A stretch of 32,000 bases of DNA from Propionibacterium ruminifibrarum. GTDB lineage: Bacteria; Actinomycetota; Actinomycetes; Propionibacteriales; Propionibacteriaceae. Positions 1 through 10,160 of the stretch are shown here, piece after piece. A program made the translations under genes and the position numbers. Location: assembly GCF_900289195.1 (NCBI RefSeq), contig NZ_OMOH01000003.1, positions 326,697 through 358,696 on the forward strand. Direction: 5' to 3'. Every line of letters starts with the position of its first letter. Within the stretch, counting starts at the first letter, position 1. The notes under the pieces are model-generated. The model saw nothing but the letters and a program-made list of their open reading frames with translations, searched no databases and was not told where the DNA came from.

Positions 1-1
1 A

Positions 2-2398
2 GCGGTCGACGAGTCCTGGGACCTGCAGATCGTCAATCGGCTCTCGAGCGGCACGATGACCGTGAAGACCCTCACCACCGACGGCACCTACGTCTACCTG
101 GGCGGTGCGTTCACGCACCTGTCCGGCCAGGGCGTCCAGAACTCCTACGGCCGGGCCGCGGCCCGCGTGGACGTGTCCACCGGCAAGCCCGACCGCTCGT
201 GGAACCCCGAGTTCAACGGCTCGGTGTGGGGCTCCAGCGTCGACACCGACACCGGCAAGTACTTCGCCGGTGGCTACTTCTCGAAGTCGGGAACCACCGA
301 CGTCAAGTGGGCGGCCTCGATCTTCACGGCCCCCGGCGCCCGGGTCGATGACTCGTTCACCTTCGTCAGCTCGGTCACGGGCTACACCTACACGTACACG
401 AACCCGAAGAAGTCCTACCAGCAGGCCGTCGACGTCGTGGACGGCAACGTCTACTTCGGCGGCTCCGAGCACAACCTGTTCCGCTACGACATCGCCACCA
501 TGAACCGCCAGTCCGGCTCGATCACGCTGGCCAACGGCGGCGACATCCAGGCCATCGAGTCGAACAACGGCGTGACCTACGCGTCCTGCCACTGCTCCGA
601 CTTCGCCTACCAGGATGCCTACAGCTGGGATGAACTGACCAAAGAGGCCTGGACCGAGGCCGATCCGATCCGCTGGGTCGGCGCCTGGGACAGCGCCACC
701 GGCGAACAACTGAACTGGACCCCCTACAACCTGAGCTCCACCCGCTCCACCGGCGCCTGGGCGCTCAAGGTCACCGACAGCGGCATCCTGTGGGCCGGCG
801 GCGACTTCAACAACTCGTACACCTCGCCCACCGGCCAGCAGTGGAACGGCGGGTTCGCCCTGTACGGTCCGCGCGACAACACCCCCACCGAGGCGCCCGG
901 CCTGCTGCGCGTCACCGGCTCGGATGACGACACCGTGACCCTGGCCTGGGGTGCCGTCCCCGACGCCACCGGTTACCAGGTGCTGCTCGACGACCGCACG
1001 ATCGCCACGACGACCGCCACCTCGGTCACCGTTCCCCGTGCCGGCAACCAGCGCTACTTCGTCCGCACCGTTGACGGCAACGGCAACATCAGCGCCTCCT
1101 CGCCGGTCGTCGTCGCCCCGGAATCCGGCGCGGCCGACGACTCCAGCCCTGTTCTGCTCGAGGACGACGCGACATGGTCCTATCTGTCAGCTGACACCGT
1201 CCCCGCCGAGAACTGGACCGGCGCCGACTACGACGACTCGTCCTGGTCCTCCGGTGCGGCCCCCATCGGCTACGGCGACGCCGAACTGAACACGGCGATC
1301 ACCCCGGCGCCGGCGCTGAGCCGCCCGGTCACCACCTACTTCCGCAGCTCGTTCACCGTCGGCGACGTCTCGGCCATCAGCGGCGTGTCCGTCTCCTATG
1401 TCGCCGACGACGGGGCCGTGGTCTACGTCAACGGCACCGAGGTCAGCCGGACCCGCCTCGATGACGGAGCCGTCACGGCGACCACCCGCGCCAATGCGGT
1501 CGTCAAGACGGCGGCGGCCCGGGCCGACCGCACGGTCGTCACGGTGCCCGCCTCGGCGCTCGTAGACGGCGAGAACACCATCGCCGTCGAGACGCACGTG
1601 AACTACCGTTCCAGCGCGTCCATGACGATGCAGGCCATGGTCACTCGCGTCGACCAGGCCGACATGGCCGGCGAGCCCGCACCCGATCCGGCGGCCGAAC
1701 CCGCTGATCCGGGGGTCGAACCCGCTGGCGGTGAGGCCGCCGACCCCGCGGAGGAACCCGGGGCCGAGCCCGCCGATCCTGAAGCGGAACCCGCCGGTGA
1801 GGCCACGACCCCACCCGAGCCCGTCGACCCCCTCCAGCCCGTCGACGCCACGAACGCCACGGGCGAGGTGATCCCGGCCGGCTCGCAGTGGTCCTACCGC
1901 TACGAGACCACGAAGGCCGAGGACGGCTGGAACGATGACGCCGACCTCGGCGAGTGGAAGACCGGCGCCGGCCCGATCGGCTGGGACAGCAGGAACAGCA
2001 CGATCAACACCCCGCTCGAACGGGGCCTGGCCAGGACGGCGTACTTCAGCCGCGACATCGACCTGGGCACCGTCACCGACACCACCAAACTGATCCTCAA
2101 GGTCAGGGCGGACGACGGCGCGGTGGTCTTCGTCAACGGCACAGAGGTCGGCCGGCTGCGCATGAAGTCCGAGGACATCGACGGCGACGGCAGGCCCGAC
2201 AACGTGATCCAGTTCACCGACAGCGCCACCCAGGCGATCAGCACCGTCGAGGCGAGCAAGGACGAGAACATGCTCACCATCGAGCTCGATTCCTCGGTGC
2301 TGCGTGACGGCGTCAACCGCATCGGTGTCGAGACCCACGCCAACTACATGGCGACGCTCTCGCTCACCTTCGACGCTGAAGCGACCCTGGAGCGCTGA
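2..2398 (+). CDS. Secreted/surface multidomain protein, 5'-partial (beta-propeller-like repeats, FN3 domain, two galactose-binding-like CBM-type modules)
   Basis: The frame is open from nt 2 to the first ATG at 56, so the gene probably starts upstream of the window. Stop is TGA 2396-2398. Recurrent GG-x-F/Y motifs (GGAFTHLSG, AGGYFSKSG, YFGGSEHN, WAGGDFNNS) resemble propeller blades. There is an FN3-like stretch LRVTGSDDDTVTLAWGAVPDATGYQVLLDD. Two paralogous ~160-aa modules share WSY..W..G.PIG..T.YF..ADDGAVV(Y/F)VNGTEV..VETH. Domain names are from pattern recognition only. Confidence 0.6.
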   Translation, partial: AVDESWDLQIVNRLSSGTMTVKTLTTDGTYVYLGGAFTHLSGQGVQNSYGRAAARVDVSTGKPDRSWNPEFNGSVWGSSVDTDTGKYFAGGYFSKSGTTDVKWAASIFTAPGARVDDSFTFVSSVTGYTYTYTNPKKSYQQAVDVVDGNVYFGGSEHNLFRYDIATMNRQSGSITLANGGDIQAIESNNGVTYASCHCSDFAYQDAYSWDELTKEAWTEADPIRWVGAWDSATGEQLNWTPYNLSSTRSTGAWALKVTDSGILWAGGDFNNSYTSPTGQQWNGGFALYGPRDNTPTEAPGLLRVTGSDDDTVTLAWGAVPDATGYQVLLDDRTIATTTATSVTVPRAGNQRYFVRTVDGNGNISASSPVVVAPESGAADDSSPVLLEDDATWSYLSADTVPAENWTGADYDDSSWSSGAAPIGYGDAELNTAITPAPALSRPVTTYFRSSFTVGDVSAISGVSVSYVADDGAVVYVNGTEVSRTRLDDGAVTATTRANAVVKTAAARADRTVVTVPASALVDGENTIAVETHVNYRSSASMTMQAMVTRVDQADMAGEPAPDPAAEPADPGVEPAGGEAADPAEEPGAEPADPEAEPAGEATTPPEPVDPLQPVDATNATGEVIPAGSQWSYRYETTKAEDGWNDDADLGEWKTGAGPIGWDSRNSTINTPLERGLARTAYFSRDIDLGTVTDTTKLILKVRADDGAVVFVNGTEVGRLRMKSEDIDGDGRPDNVIQFTDSATQAISTVEASKDENMLTIELDSSVLRDGVNRIGVETHANYMATLSLTFDAEATLER
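1670..1846 (+). repeat. Pro/Glu/Ala-rich low-complexity linker encoded by degenerate GA(A/G)CCCGC(T/C)G.. repeats inside the CDS
   Basis: Translates to GEPAPDPAAEPADPGVEPAGGEAADPAEEPGAEPADPEAEPAGEATTPPEPVDPLQPVD. The units GAACCCGCTGATCC / GAACCCGCTGGCGG / GAGCCCGCCGATCC / GAACCCGCCGGTGA recur at the DNA level. The linker sits between the two paralogous C-terminal modules. Confidence 0.7.
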
Positions 2399-2401
2399 CC
2401 C

Positions 2402-3172
2402 ATGACGGACCGGCACGCACGTGGCGGCCTGGACACGGCATTCCTCACGCGTTTCGCGCGTGAGGTGGGCCGCCCAGGATCCGTCGTCACCTGGCTGAAC
2501 CACTGGTCGCTCCTGCATGCCGACCCGGCAGCCCTGAGCGCGATGGGTCTCATCGGCTTCGACGGCACTCTCCTGCAGATGGTGCTCGCCCGTCACGGCC
2601 ACAGGGCCGGGCGCAGTTCCGCCGACCTGGTGCTGCCCATCGTCCTGGACGAGGTCCTCGACCCGGAGGCCCCGGTCGCTCTCATCGGCGCGGCGCCCGG
2701 GGTCGCGGCCGGTGCCGCGGCCAGTCGTCTCGGCCGCCATCCCGCGGTCGCCTTCGACGGTTACGGCGAGCTCAGGGCCCTCCAGTCAGACCCCCAGCGG
2801 CTCATCGACTTCGGACCCCGCCTGGTCATCATCGGTCTGGGTGCCGGGCTGCAGGAGCGGGTCGCACTGCAGGTCCACGAGTGGTTGCCCAGCGCCTCGG
2901 TCGCCACCGCCGGAGGCTGGATCGACCAGCTCGACCGGTCGGAGCGGTACTTTCCCGCCTGGGTGCACCGCCTGCGTCTGGGGTGGGCCTGGCGCATCGC
3001 CCATGAGCCCCGCCGTCTGCTCGGCCGCTACACCCTGGAGGCCGTCCGGTTCATGGCTGCCTCCGGGCAATTCGTCGAACAACTCGAGACGATCGGTCCC
3101 CTCACCGAACTGGGCATTGACCGCCGCCAGCACGATGGTGACATCGCGGCGAGCGCCGCAGGCCGATCCTGA
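2402..3172 (+). CDS. WecB/TagA/CpsF-family glycosyltransferase
   Basis: ATG lies 3 nt after the upstream stop, suggesting coupling. The C-terminal half fits the family signature as I know it: LVIIGLGAGLQE (cf. G.P.QE), then GGWIDQL...YFPAWVHRLRLGWAWRIAHEPRRLLGRY (cf. aP.w....LEW..Rl..eP.R...RY). Confidence 0.7.
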   Translation: MTDRHARGGLDTAFLTRFAREVGRPGSVVTWLNHWSLLHADPAALSAMGLIGFDGTLLQMVLARHGHRAGRSSADLVLPIVLDEVLDPEAPVALIGAAPGVAAGAAASRLGRHPAVAFDGYGELRALQSDPQRLIDFGPRLVIIGLGAGLQERVALQVHEWLPSASVATAGGWIDQLDRSERYFPAWVHRLRLGWAWRIAHEPRRLLGRYTLEAVRFMAASGQFVEQLETIGPLTELGIDRRQHDGDIAASAAGRS

Positions 3173-3209
3173 GCGTGCGTGCGGCCCCCGGGCCCGCACG
3201 GCATAGGAT

Positions 3210-4100
3210 GTGTCCGTGACTGATGCCCAGTACGCAGATCTTGGCCTCCCCCTCATCCATGCCGGAAAGGTCCGCGAGCTCTACTCGCTGCCCGACCAGC
3301 CCGGCCGGATCCTCATGGTCGCCACGGACAACATCTCGGCCTTCGACTACGTCCTCGATTCCACGATCCCCGACAAGGGCGTCATCCTCACCCAGTTGTC
3401 GCTGTGGTGGTTCAACCACCTGTCGGGCATCGTCGCCAATCATGTGGCGAGCACCGACGTGCCCGAGGCCGTCAGGGGCCGCGCGGTCATCGTGCACGAA
3501 CTCGACATGATCCCCGTCGAGTGCGTCGCCCGCGGCTATCTCACCGGCTCCGGCTGGCAGGAGTACCGGGAAACCGGCATGGTCTGCGGCGTCCGCCTGC
3601 CCGAGGGACTGCATGACGGCTCCGCCCTGCCCGAGCCGATCTTCACCCCGGCCATGAAGGCCCCGGTCGGCGAGCACGACGAGAACGTCACCTTCGACGA
3701 GATGGTCGACCGCCTCGAGGTGCCCGACGACGGAGAGCAGATCCGCAACCTGACGCTGTCCCTCTACCGCGCCGCCGAGCCGGTGGCCCGCAAACAGGGC
3801 ATCATCCTGGCCGACACCAAGTTCGAGTTCGGCAAGCTCTCGGACGGCCGCATCGTGCTGGCCGATGAGGTGCTGACCCCCGATTCGTCTCGCTTCTGGG
3901 ACGCCAAGGCCTACGACGAGGACGGCACGCTCGTCAGCTTCGACAAGCAGTACCTGCGCGACTGGCTGCTCAACGAGTCCGGCTGGGACCGTGGCTCGGG
4001 CGCTCGGCCCCCCGCGCTGCCCGATGCGATCGTCGAGGCGACCCGCGCGCGGTACGTCGAGGCCTACGAGCGCCTGACCGGTGAGCACCTGGTCGTCTGA
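3210..4100 (+). CDS. purC: Phosphoribosylaminoimidazole-succinocarboxamide (SAICAR) synthase
   Basis: GTG start at 3210. Motifs GKVRELY, ATDNISAFD, ADTKFEFG and LTPDSSRFW are present. The gene is followed directly by purS-purQ. Confidence 0.95.
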   Translation: MSVTDAQYADLGLPLIHAGKVRELYSLPDQPGRILMVATDNISAFDYVLDSTIPDKGVILTQLSLWWFNHLSGIVANHVASTDVPEAVRGRAVIVHELDMIPVECVARGYLTGSGWQEYRETGMVCGVRLPEGLHDGSALPEPIFTPAMKAPVGEHDENVTFDEMVDRLEVPDDGEQIRNLTLSLYRAAEPVARKQGIILADTKFEFGKLSDGRIVLADEVLTPDSSRFWDAKAYDEDGTLVSFDKQYLRDWLLNESGWDRGSGARPPALPDAIVEATRARYVEAYERLTGEHLVV

Positions 4101-4129
4101 CGGCGGGACACGCACGATAGGGTTCTGGC

Positions 4130-4375
4130 ATGTCACGAGTTGTTGTGGACGTCATGCCCAAGCCGGAGATCCTGGATCCTCAGGGCAAGGCCATCACCGG
4201 GTCGCTCCAGCGGCTCGGCTTCGAGGGGCTGTCGGTCCGGCAGGGTAAGCGTTTCGAGATCGAGGTCGCCGGCGACCTCACCGAGGAGCGGCTGGACCAG
4301 ATCCGTGACGCCGCCGAGAAACTGCTGGCCAACACGGTGATCGAGGCCTTCACCGTCCGCGTCGAGGAGGACTGA
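4130..4375 (+). CDS. purS: Phosphoribosylformylglycinamidine synthase subunit PurS
   Basis: 81 aa. [27 protein letters not shown] is a typical PurS N-terminus. The stop lies 1 nt before the purQ ATG. Confidence 0.9.
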   Translation: MSRVVVDVMPKPEILDPQGKAITGSLQRLGFEGLSVRQGKRFEIEVAGDLTEERLDQIRDAAEKLLANTVIEAFTVRVEED

Positions 4376-4376
4376 C

Positions 4377-5051
<675 letters not shown>

Positions 5052-5053
5052 GC

Positions 5054-5102
5054 CCCCGGGCCCGCGGCGGGCGACCGCCTCGTACCCGGCACCGGCCCGG
5101 GG
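5054..5102. terminator. GC-rich stem-loop between convergent purQ and the SorC-type regulator
   Basis: CCCCGGGCC (5054-5062) pairs with GGCCCGGGG (5094-5102). An inner GGCGG-GCGA-CCGCC hairpin sits in the loop. There is no U-tract. Confidence 0.4.
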
Positions 5103-5114
5103 ATTCGTCCCGCC

Positions 5115-6101
5115 TCAGTCGCCGACGATGGCCCGGGCCGTCGCGGCGTCCAGAACGACATCGGTCATGAGCCCGGCCTCCAGGACCGTGCTGATGGCCG
5201 GGGCCTTGGCCGGGTCCGCCGCGACGAGCAGTCGCTGCCTGATGCGGCGCAGCTCGTCGAAGGGGAGCCCGGTCGATCTTTCGTTGACGTTGATCTTGTC
5301 GGTGCTGGCATCGGTGCGGAAGAAGATGCCGCCGAGGTTGCCCACGACGTGCTCGCGCTCCATCTGCGCCATGTCGGCGCTGGTCAGGTAGCCGGAGTCG
5401 TACAGGTGGCCCGGCAGGTCACCGTCCGGCGTGCCGACACTGGTCAACAGCAGGTCGGCCTCGGCCCGCAGCGTGAGGACCTGCTGGATCGACTTCTCCT
5501 GCCACATCGCGGCGCGCGTGTTCGCCGAGTCGAAGAACGCCGGCACGGGGAAGTAGTGCACCCGGGCGTCGAACGCGCTGCCGATGCGGTCGAGGATGAG
5601 GCTGGCGTAGTTCGTGCCGAGGGTGGCCACATTGCCCGAGCCGTGCAGCTGGACGACCTGCATGTCCTGAACGGGGTGCGGGCGCAGCTGCAGTGAGATG
5701 TTCTCGACGGTGCTGCCCCAGGCGACGTCGAGGATCACCCCGGGCCGGACGAAGGCATCGAGCCAGGCCGCGGCCTGACTGGCGACGGCCAGCATGCGCG
5801 CCGAGGCCCTCTGCGGCTGCTCGACCGGGGCGACGATGGCGCGTACCCCGTAGCGCTGTTCGACCTGGCGGCGCAGCAGGTCGATGGGATTCTCGTCCCG
5901 GTGCACGGTGAACTGGATGATGCCCGTCTCGCGGGCCTTGGCCAGCATGCGCGAGACCGTGGAGCGCGAGACCCCGAGCTGGGCGCCGACCTCCTCGACC
6001 TTCTTGCCCTGCACCCAGTAGAGCTCGGCCGCGTCGGCCAACCTGGCCCGCTCCAGGGGCCGCAGTGCCCTGCGCGGCCGGTTCGGCTGTTCGGTCGTCA
6101 T
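5115..6101 (-). CDS. SorC/DeoR-type sugar-binding transcriptional regulator
   Basis: N-terminal HTH LGVSRSTVSRMLAKARETGIIQFTV plus a long C-terminal sugar-binding-type domain. I prefer ATG 6101 (AGGAAG about 8 nt upstream) to the ORF-track start at 6161. The gene is divergent from the MFS operon. Confidence 0.8.
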   Translation of the reverse strand: MTTEQPNRPRRALRPLERARLADAAELYWVQGKKVEEVGAQLGVSRSTVSRMLAKARETGIIQFTVHRDENPIDLLRRQVEQRYGVRAIVAPVEQPQRASARMLAVASQAAAWLDAFVRPGVILDVAWGSTVENISLQLRPHPVQDMQVVQLHGSGNVATLGTNYASLILDRIGSAFDARVHYFPVPAFFDSANTRAAMWQEKSIQQVLTLRAEADLLLTSVGTPDGDLPGHLYDSGYLTSADMAQMEREHVVGNLGGIFFRTDASTDKINVNERSTGLPFDELRRIRQRLLVAADPAKAPAISTVLEAGLMTDVVLDAATARAIVGD

Positions 6102-6321
6102 ACGGGTGGCTTCCTGGATCGGGGACGGCTGGCGCTCAGCCTCGTCACTGAGACGAGCCAAGCATAACGCTGCACTGTCAACAATGCGACATTTTCCCGT
6201 TCTTCTTACAAATGACCCTCCTTGTGGCGCAAAAGGTGAGAAATTGTGTAAGCTGCGTCTGCATCGAGGTTCGCCCCGAGCAGTCCTTCACTGTTCGTCA
6301 CTCACACATCGAGGTACGTGC

Positions 6322-7677
6322 ATGTCATCGCCGACATCCATCACGACCGAACGTCCCACGCACTACCGGTGGGTTGTTCTCACGGTCATCTTCATCACCT
6401 ACGTGATCTGCATGGCGGACCGCTCCAACATCGGAGCCGTCCTGCCGATGATCAAGGGAGAGTTCGAGATCTCCAACTTCGCGTCCGGCGCCATCTCGAG
6501 CTTCTTCTTCCTCGGCTACGCGATCTCACAGATCCCGGCCGGCCTGGTCATGACCAAGAAGGGCACCCGGCACATCGTCTCGCTGGCCGTCCTGCTCTTC
6601 TCGATCATCACCTTCTGCATGGGTTTCGCGACCACCGCCGTGGCGCTGCTCGTCCTGCGCCTGCTGCTCGGTCTCATGGAGGGGCCGACACCCGTCGGCA
6701 TGACGTCCACGGTGAACGCCTGGTTCCCGCCGAAGGAGAAGGGCACCGCCACCGGCGTCTACATCGCCTCGACGCAGTTCGCCCCGATCATCGTGCCGAT
6801 CATCGCCGTCGCACTGGCCAACGCCCACGGCTGGCGTTCGGTGTTCCACTGGTTCGCCGTGCCCGGCGTGATCATGGCCGTCGTCTTCTTCCTCGTCCAG
6901 CGCACCCGTCCGAGTGAGTCCAAGCGCGTCAACGCGGCAGAGCTCGCCCACATCAACGACACCAGCGTCTCCGACGTGAAGAAGAAGGCCGACTTCGGCG
7001 ACATGGGGTGGATCGACCGCCTCATCCGGCTGCGCGACGTCAAACCGCTCGACACCAACGGCAAGATCATGCGGTCGTGGAACATCTGGGGCAATACGAT
7101 CGCCTACTTCTTCATGAACAACGTGCTGTACGGCATGCTCACCTGGATCCCCTCGTACCTGGTCGCCGCCCGCGGCTACAACTTCATCAAGATGGGCTTC
7201 GTCGCCTCCGCCCCGTCGATCGGCGGCCTGATCGGCGCCCTCATCGGCGGCATCGTCTCCGACCGCGTCTTCCGCGGGCGCCGCAAGCCCACCATGCTCA
7301 TCACCGCCCTCATGACCGCCGTCATGATGGTCATCGTGCTCGTCGTCCCGCAGAACACCGTCCTGGTCGTCGGCTCGCTGATCCTCACCGGCTTCTTCCT
7401 CAACATCGGGTGGCCCATGTTCACCGCCTACGCGATGAACCTGACGACCGACGAGACCTATCCCTTCGCCATCTCGGTCATCAACTCCGGCGGCAACCTG
7501 GGCGGCTTCTTCGCCCCGATCATCGTCGGGGCCCTGCTGGATGCCTTCTCCGGTAACTACACGGTGGCCTTCAGCTACTTCGTCGTGGTCCTGATCATCG
7601 GCCTCGTGCTGATCCTGACCCTCACCGAGGCCCGTCCGCAGTCCAAGCCGGAGGCCGCGGCAGCGGCGCAGGCCTGA
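6322..7677 (+). CDS. MFS transporter, anion:cation symporter (ACS) type (acid-sugar permease)
   Basis: Multi-TM hydrophobic profile. ADRSNIGAVLPMI and GYAISQIPAG motifs are as in hexuronate/glucarate/galactonate-type MFS. I set the start at ATG 6322 (MSSPTSI). The 72 upstream codons of the track ORF cover the AT-richer divergent promoter and do not look coding. Confidence 0.85.
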   Translation: MSSPTSITTERPTHYRWVVLTVIFITYVICMADRSNIGAVLPMIKGEFEISNFASGAISSFFFLGYAISQIPAGLVMTKKGTRHIVSLAVLLFSIITFCMGFATTAVALLVLRLLLGLMEGPTPVGMTSTVNAWFPPKEKGTATGVYIASTQFAPIIVPIIAVALANAHGWRSVFHWFAVPGVIMAVVFFLVQRTRPSESKRVNAAELAHINDTSVSDVKKKADFGDMGWIDRLIRLRDVKPLDTNGKIMRSWNIWGNTIAYFFMNNVLYGMLTWIPSYLVAARGYNFIKMGFVASAPSIGGLIGALIGGIVSDRVFRGRRKPTMLITALMTAVMMVIVLVVPQNTVLVVGSLILTGFFLNIGWPMFTAYAMNLTTDETYPFAISVINSGGNLGGFFAPIIVGALLDAFSGNYTVAFSYFVVVLIIGLVLILTLTEARPQSKPEAAAAAQA

Positions 7678-7717
7678 TCTCTGCAACGATGGACCCTGCA
7701 CAAGGAGGTGCCCAGAG

Positions 7718-9100
7718 ATGGCGAATGTTGGAATCGTCGCCGATGACCTGACCGGCGGGACGACGGTCGGCGCGCTCATCGCCCGCGAGGGCGTGCCCGC
7801 CACCGTGTTCTTCGACCCGTCATACGTCGAGACGACGCCCCTGCCGGACAACGCCGCGGCGATCGTCAGTACCGACTCACGTGCCATGCCCGCAGAGGTG
7901 GCCTACGACCGGGTGCGCAGGGCAACCCTGACCCTCAAGGGCAGGGGAGCCACGATGTTCGCCAAACGCATCGACACCACGGTCCGCGGCGGCGTGGGGC
8001 CCGAGGTCGAGGGCATGCTCTCCGCGCTCGGCCCCGACTACATGGCGGTCATCGTGCCGGCCATGCCCCAGTCGCGGCGGGTCGTCCTCGAGGGTTACTC
8101 GCTCATCGACTCGGTGCTCCTGACCCGTACCGGCGTCGCCCAGGACGTGCGCACGCCGGTACGGGAGGCCCATCTGCCCACCCTCTTCAAGGCGCAGTTC
8201 AAGGCGAAGCTCGGCCATGTGAACATCAAGCCCGTCATGGCTGGCAAACAGGCCATCAAGCATGAACTCGTCGAGTTGCGCCGCGAGGGCACCAGGATCT
8301 TCCTCATGGACGCGCTGAGCATCGACGACGTCGACCAGATCGCCCAGGCGGTCGTCGACCTCGGCTGGAGGATCGTCTGCGTCGACCCGGGGCCGTTCAC
8401 CGATCGTGTCGCCGTGCACTCAGGGGCCATCGAGCCGGCGGAGGTGCCCCAGCGCGTCACCCGTATCGACCCGGTGCCGGGCGAGACGGGCACTGTTCTC
8501 GTCGTGGCGGGCAGCGCCACCAAGGTGACGCACAACCAGATCACCCGGCTCACCCGGGAGCCCGGGGTCGTCACGCTCTCGATCGACGTCCTGGCGATGC
8601 TCGACAAGGACACCAGTGTCTACGAGGCCGAGTGCCGCAGGGCCGAGGCCGAGGCGAGGCGCCTGCTCGATGAGGCAGCCACGCCGCCTCGCGTGATGGT
8701 CTGCGCGCTCGACACCGTCTACGCCGGCACCACCACCCCGAAAGCCGTCATGGAGGAGCTGTCCGGTCTCACTGGCCCCGAACCGGCCAAACAGCTCACC
8801 GTCCGCTTCGGCGGCCTTGCCCGGCGCATCCTCGACGTGCTCGGAGCGGAGGACTGCGCCGGTGTCTACCTCACCGGCGGTGACGTCATGGTCGCCAGCT
8901 GCGAGGCCTTCGAGGCCAAGGGCATTACGCTGGTCGACTACGTCATCCCGCAGATCGACCAGGGAACCATCACCGGTGGCCCCTTCGAGGGGCTGCCCGT
9001 CGTCTGCAAGGGCGGTCTGACCGGCACCGAGGTCACCGCCATCCAATCTGTCAACCGAATCCTCGACGAAAGGATGCGCACTCATGGCGCAAACGCGTAA
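7718..9100 (+). CDS. Four-carbon acid-sugar kinase family protein (DUF1537; OtnK/DtnK/DenK-like)
   Basis: N-terminal IVADDLTGGTTVGALI is the family signature. AAGGAGG lies 9 nt upstream of the ATG. The gene overlaps the next gene by 17 nt. Confidence 0.85.
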   Translation: MANVGIVADDLTGGTTVGALIAREGVPATVFFDPSYVETTPLPDNAAAIVSTDSRAMPAEVAYDRVRRATLTLKGRGATMFAKRIDTTVRGGVGPEVEGMLSALGPDYMAVIVPAMPQSRRVVLEGYSLIDSVLLTRTGVAQDVRTPVREAHLPTLFKAQFKAKLGHVNIKPVMAGKQAIKHELVELRREGTRIFLMDALSIDDVDQIAQAVVDLGWRIVCVDPGPFTDRVAVHSGAIEPAEVPQRVTRIDPVPGETGTVLVVAGSATKVTHNQITRLTREPGVVTLSIDVLAMLDKDTSVYEAECRRAEAEARRLLDEAATPPRVMVCALDTVYAGTTTPKAVMEELSGLTGPEPAKQLTVRFGGLARRILDVLGAEDCAGVYLTGGDVMVASCEAFEAKGITLVDYVIPQIDQGTITGGPFEGLPVVCKGGLTGTEVTAIQSVNRILDERMRTHGANA

Positions 9101-10118
9101 GCCCGTCATGGCGATCACCATGGGCGATCCCGCCGGCATCGGCCCGGAGATCACCCTCAAGACCATCCAGGACAAGCGGATCTACGACATCTGTGATCCC
9201 TTCATCATCGGCAGCGCCGACTCCCTTCAGCAGGCGGCCGAGATCCAGGGGGTCAAGGACCTGGACATCAATGTCATCACCGAGCCCGAGCAGGCACGGA
9301 ACCAGTACGGCACCATCGACCTGCTCGAGACCGGCGTCGAGCCCGACGCCCAGATCGAGTTCGGTCAGATCCAGGTCGCGGCGGCCAAGCGGGCCTACTC
9401 CTACATCGAGAAGTCCATCGAACTCGGCATGGCCGGCCGGATCGACGGCGTTTCCACCGCGCCGATCAACAAGGCGGCCCTCAAACAGGCCGAGGTGCCC
9501 TACATCGGGCACACCGAGATCTACCAGGCCCTCACGAACTCGCCCTACGCCCTGACGATGTTCAACGTGCACAAGCTGCGTGTCTTCTTCGTCAGCCGCC
9601 ACGTCTCGCTGCGCGAGGCCTGCGACCTGGCCAACCACGACCGCATTCTCGAATTCCTCAAGAACATCGACACCGAACTGAAGAAGTTCGGTTTCGAGCA
9701 CCCGTCGATCGGCGTCGCGGCCCTCAACCCGCACGTCGGCGAGGGTGGTCTGTTCGGCACCGAGGAGATCGAGCACATCGCCCCGGCCGTCAAGGACGCC
9801 CAAGGGCTAGGCATCAATGCCCACGGCCCGGACTCGGCCGACGCGATCTTCGCGTTCAACCTCGACGGCCACTACGACGCCATTCTGTCGATGTACCACG
9901 ACCAGGGGCACATCGCCTGCAAGACGCTGGACTTCCAGAACGCCGTCACCCTGACCCTCGGCCTGCCCTTCATGCGCAGCTCGGTCGATCACGGGACAGC
10001 GTTCGACATCGCAGGCAAGGGCATCGCCCAGGGCGAGTCGATGATCGAGTCCACCCGCGTGGCCGCCGTCTACTCCCAGATGCAGATCGACGCGAAGGCC
10101 AAGGCGGAGCAGTCCTGA
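9084..10118 (+). CDS. pdxA2: PdxA-family NAD-dependent dehydrogenase, PdxA2 type (4-phospho-tetronate dehydrogenase/decarboxylase)
   Basis: Motifs GDPAGIGPEI, GHTE, NPHVGEGG, GPDSAD, YHDQGHI and VDHGTAFDIAGKG. Coupling to a DUF1537 kinase is the context described for PdxA2 rather than the PLP-biosynthetic PdxA. ATG 9108 is an alternative start. Confidence 0.8.
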   Translation: MAQTRKPVMAITMGDPAGIGPEITLKTIQDKRIYDICDPFIIGSADSLQQAAEIQGVKDLDINVITEPEQARNQYGTIDLLETGVEPDAQIEFGQIQVAAAKRAYSYIEKSIELGMAGRIDGVSTAPINKAALKQAEVPYIGHTEIYQALTNSPYALTMFNVHKLRVFFVSRHVSLREACDLANHDRILEFLKNIDTELKKFGFEHPSIGVAALNPHVGEGGLFGTEEIEHIAPAVKDAQGLGINAHGPDSADAIFAFNLDGHYDAILSMYHDQGHIACKTLDFQNAVTLTLGLPFMRSSVDHGTAFDIAGKGIAQGESMIESTRVAAVYSQMQIDAKAKAEQS

Positions 10119-10160
10119 GGCGCTCGCCCGCAGAACCCGCCCGCTGACCGTCCTATAGGG

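Noticed and set aside
1670-1846. Short repeated units considered as a CRISPR-like or tandem-repeat locus
   Set aside because: The repeats are degenerate, in frame and encode a Pro/Glu/Ala linker inside a CDS. There is no repeat-spacer architecture anywhere in the window.
1187-2740. 517-aa minus-strand ORF antisense to the surface-protein and glycosyltransferase genes
   Set aside because: It is Arg/Gly/Asp/His-rich and low in complexity, and lies entirely opposite well-supported + strand genes. This is a typical shadow ORF of a high-GC genome.
3102-4136. 344-aa minus-strand ORF antisense to purC
   Set aside because: The opposite strand encodes an unmistakable SAICAR synthase. The composition is that of an antisense shadow frame.
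6106-6321. N-terminal extensions suggested by the ORF track (6106-6321; also 18005-18022, 19399-19437, 25928-26107, 28553-28606, 29965-30087)
   Set aside because: The extensions lack RBSs, overlap upstream genes or promoter regions, and are non-homologous additions. Each internal ATG is preceded by a good Shine-Dalgarno sequence.
6526-7887. 453-aa minus-strand ORF antisense to the first MFS gene
   Set aside because: It is a hyper-charged Asp/Gly/His/Arg sequence with no motifs, and the + strand encodes a clear multi-TM transporter.
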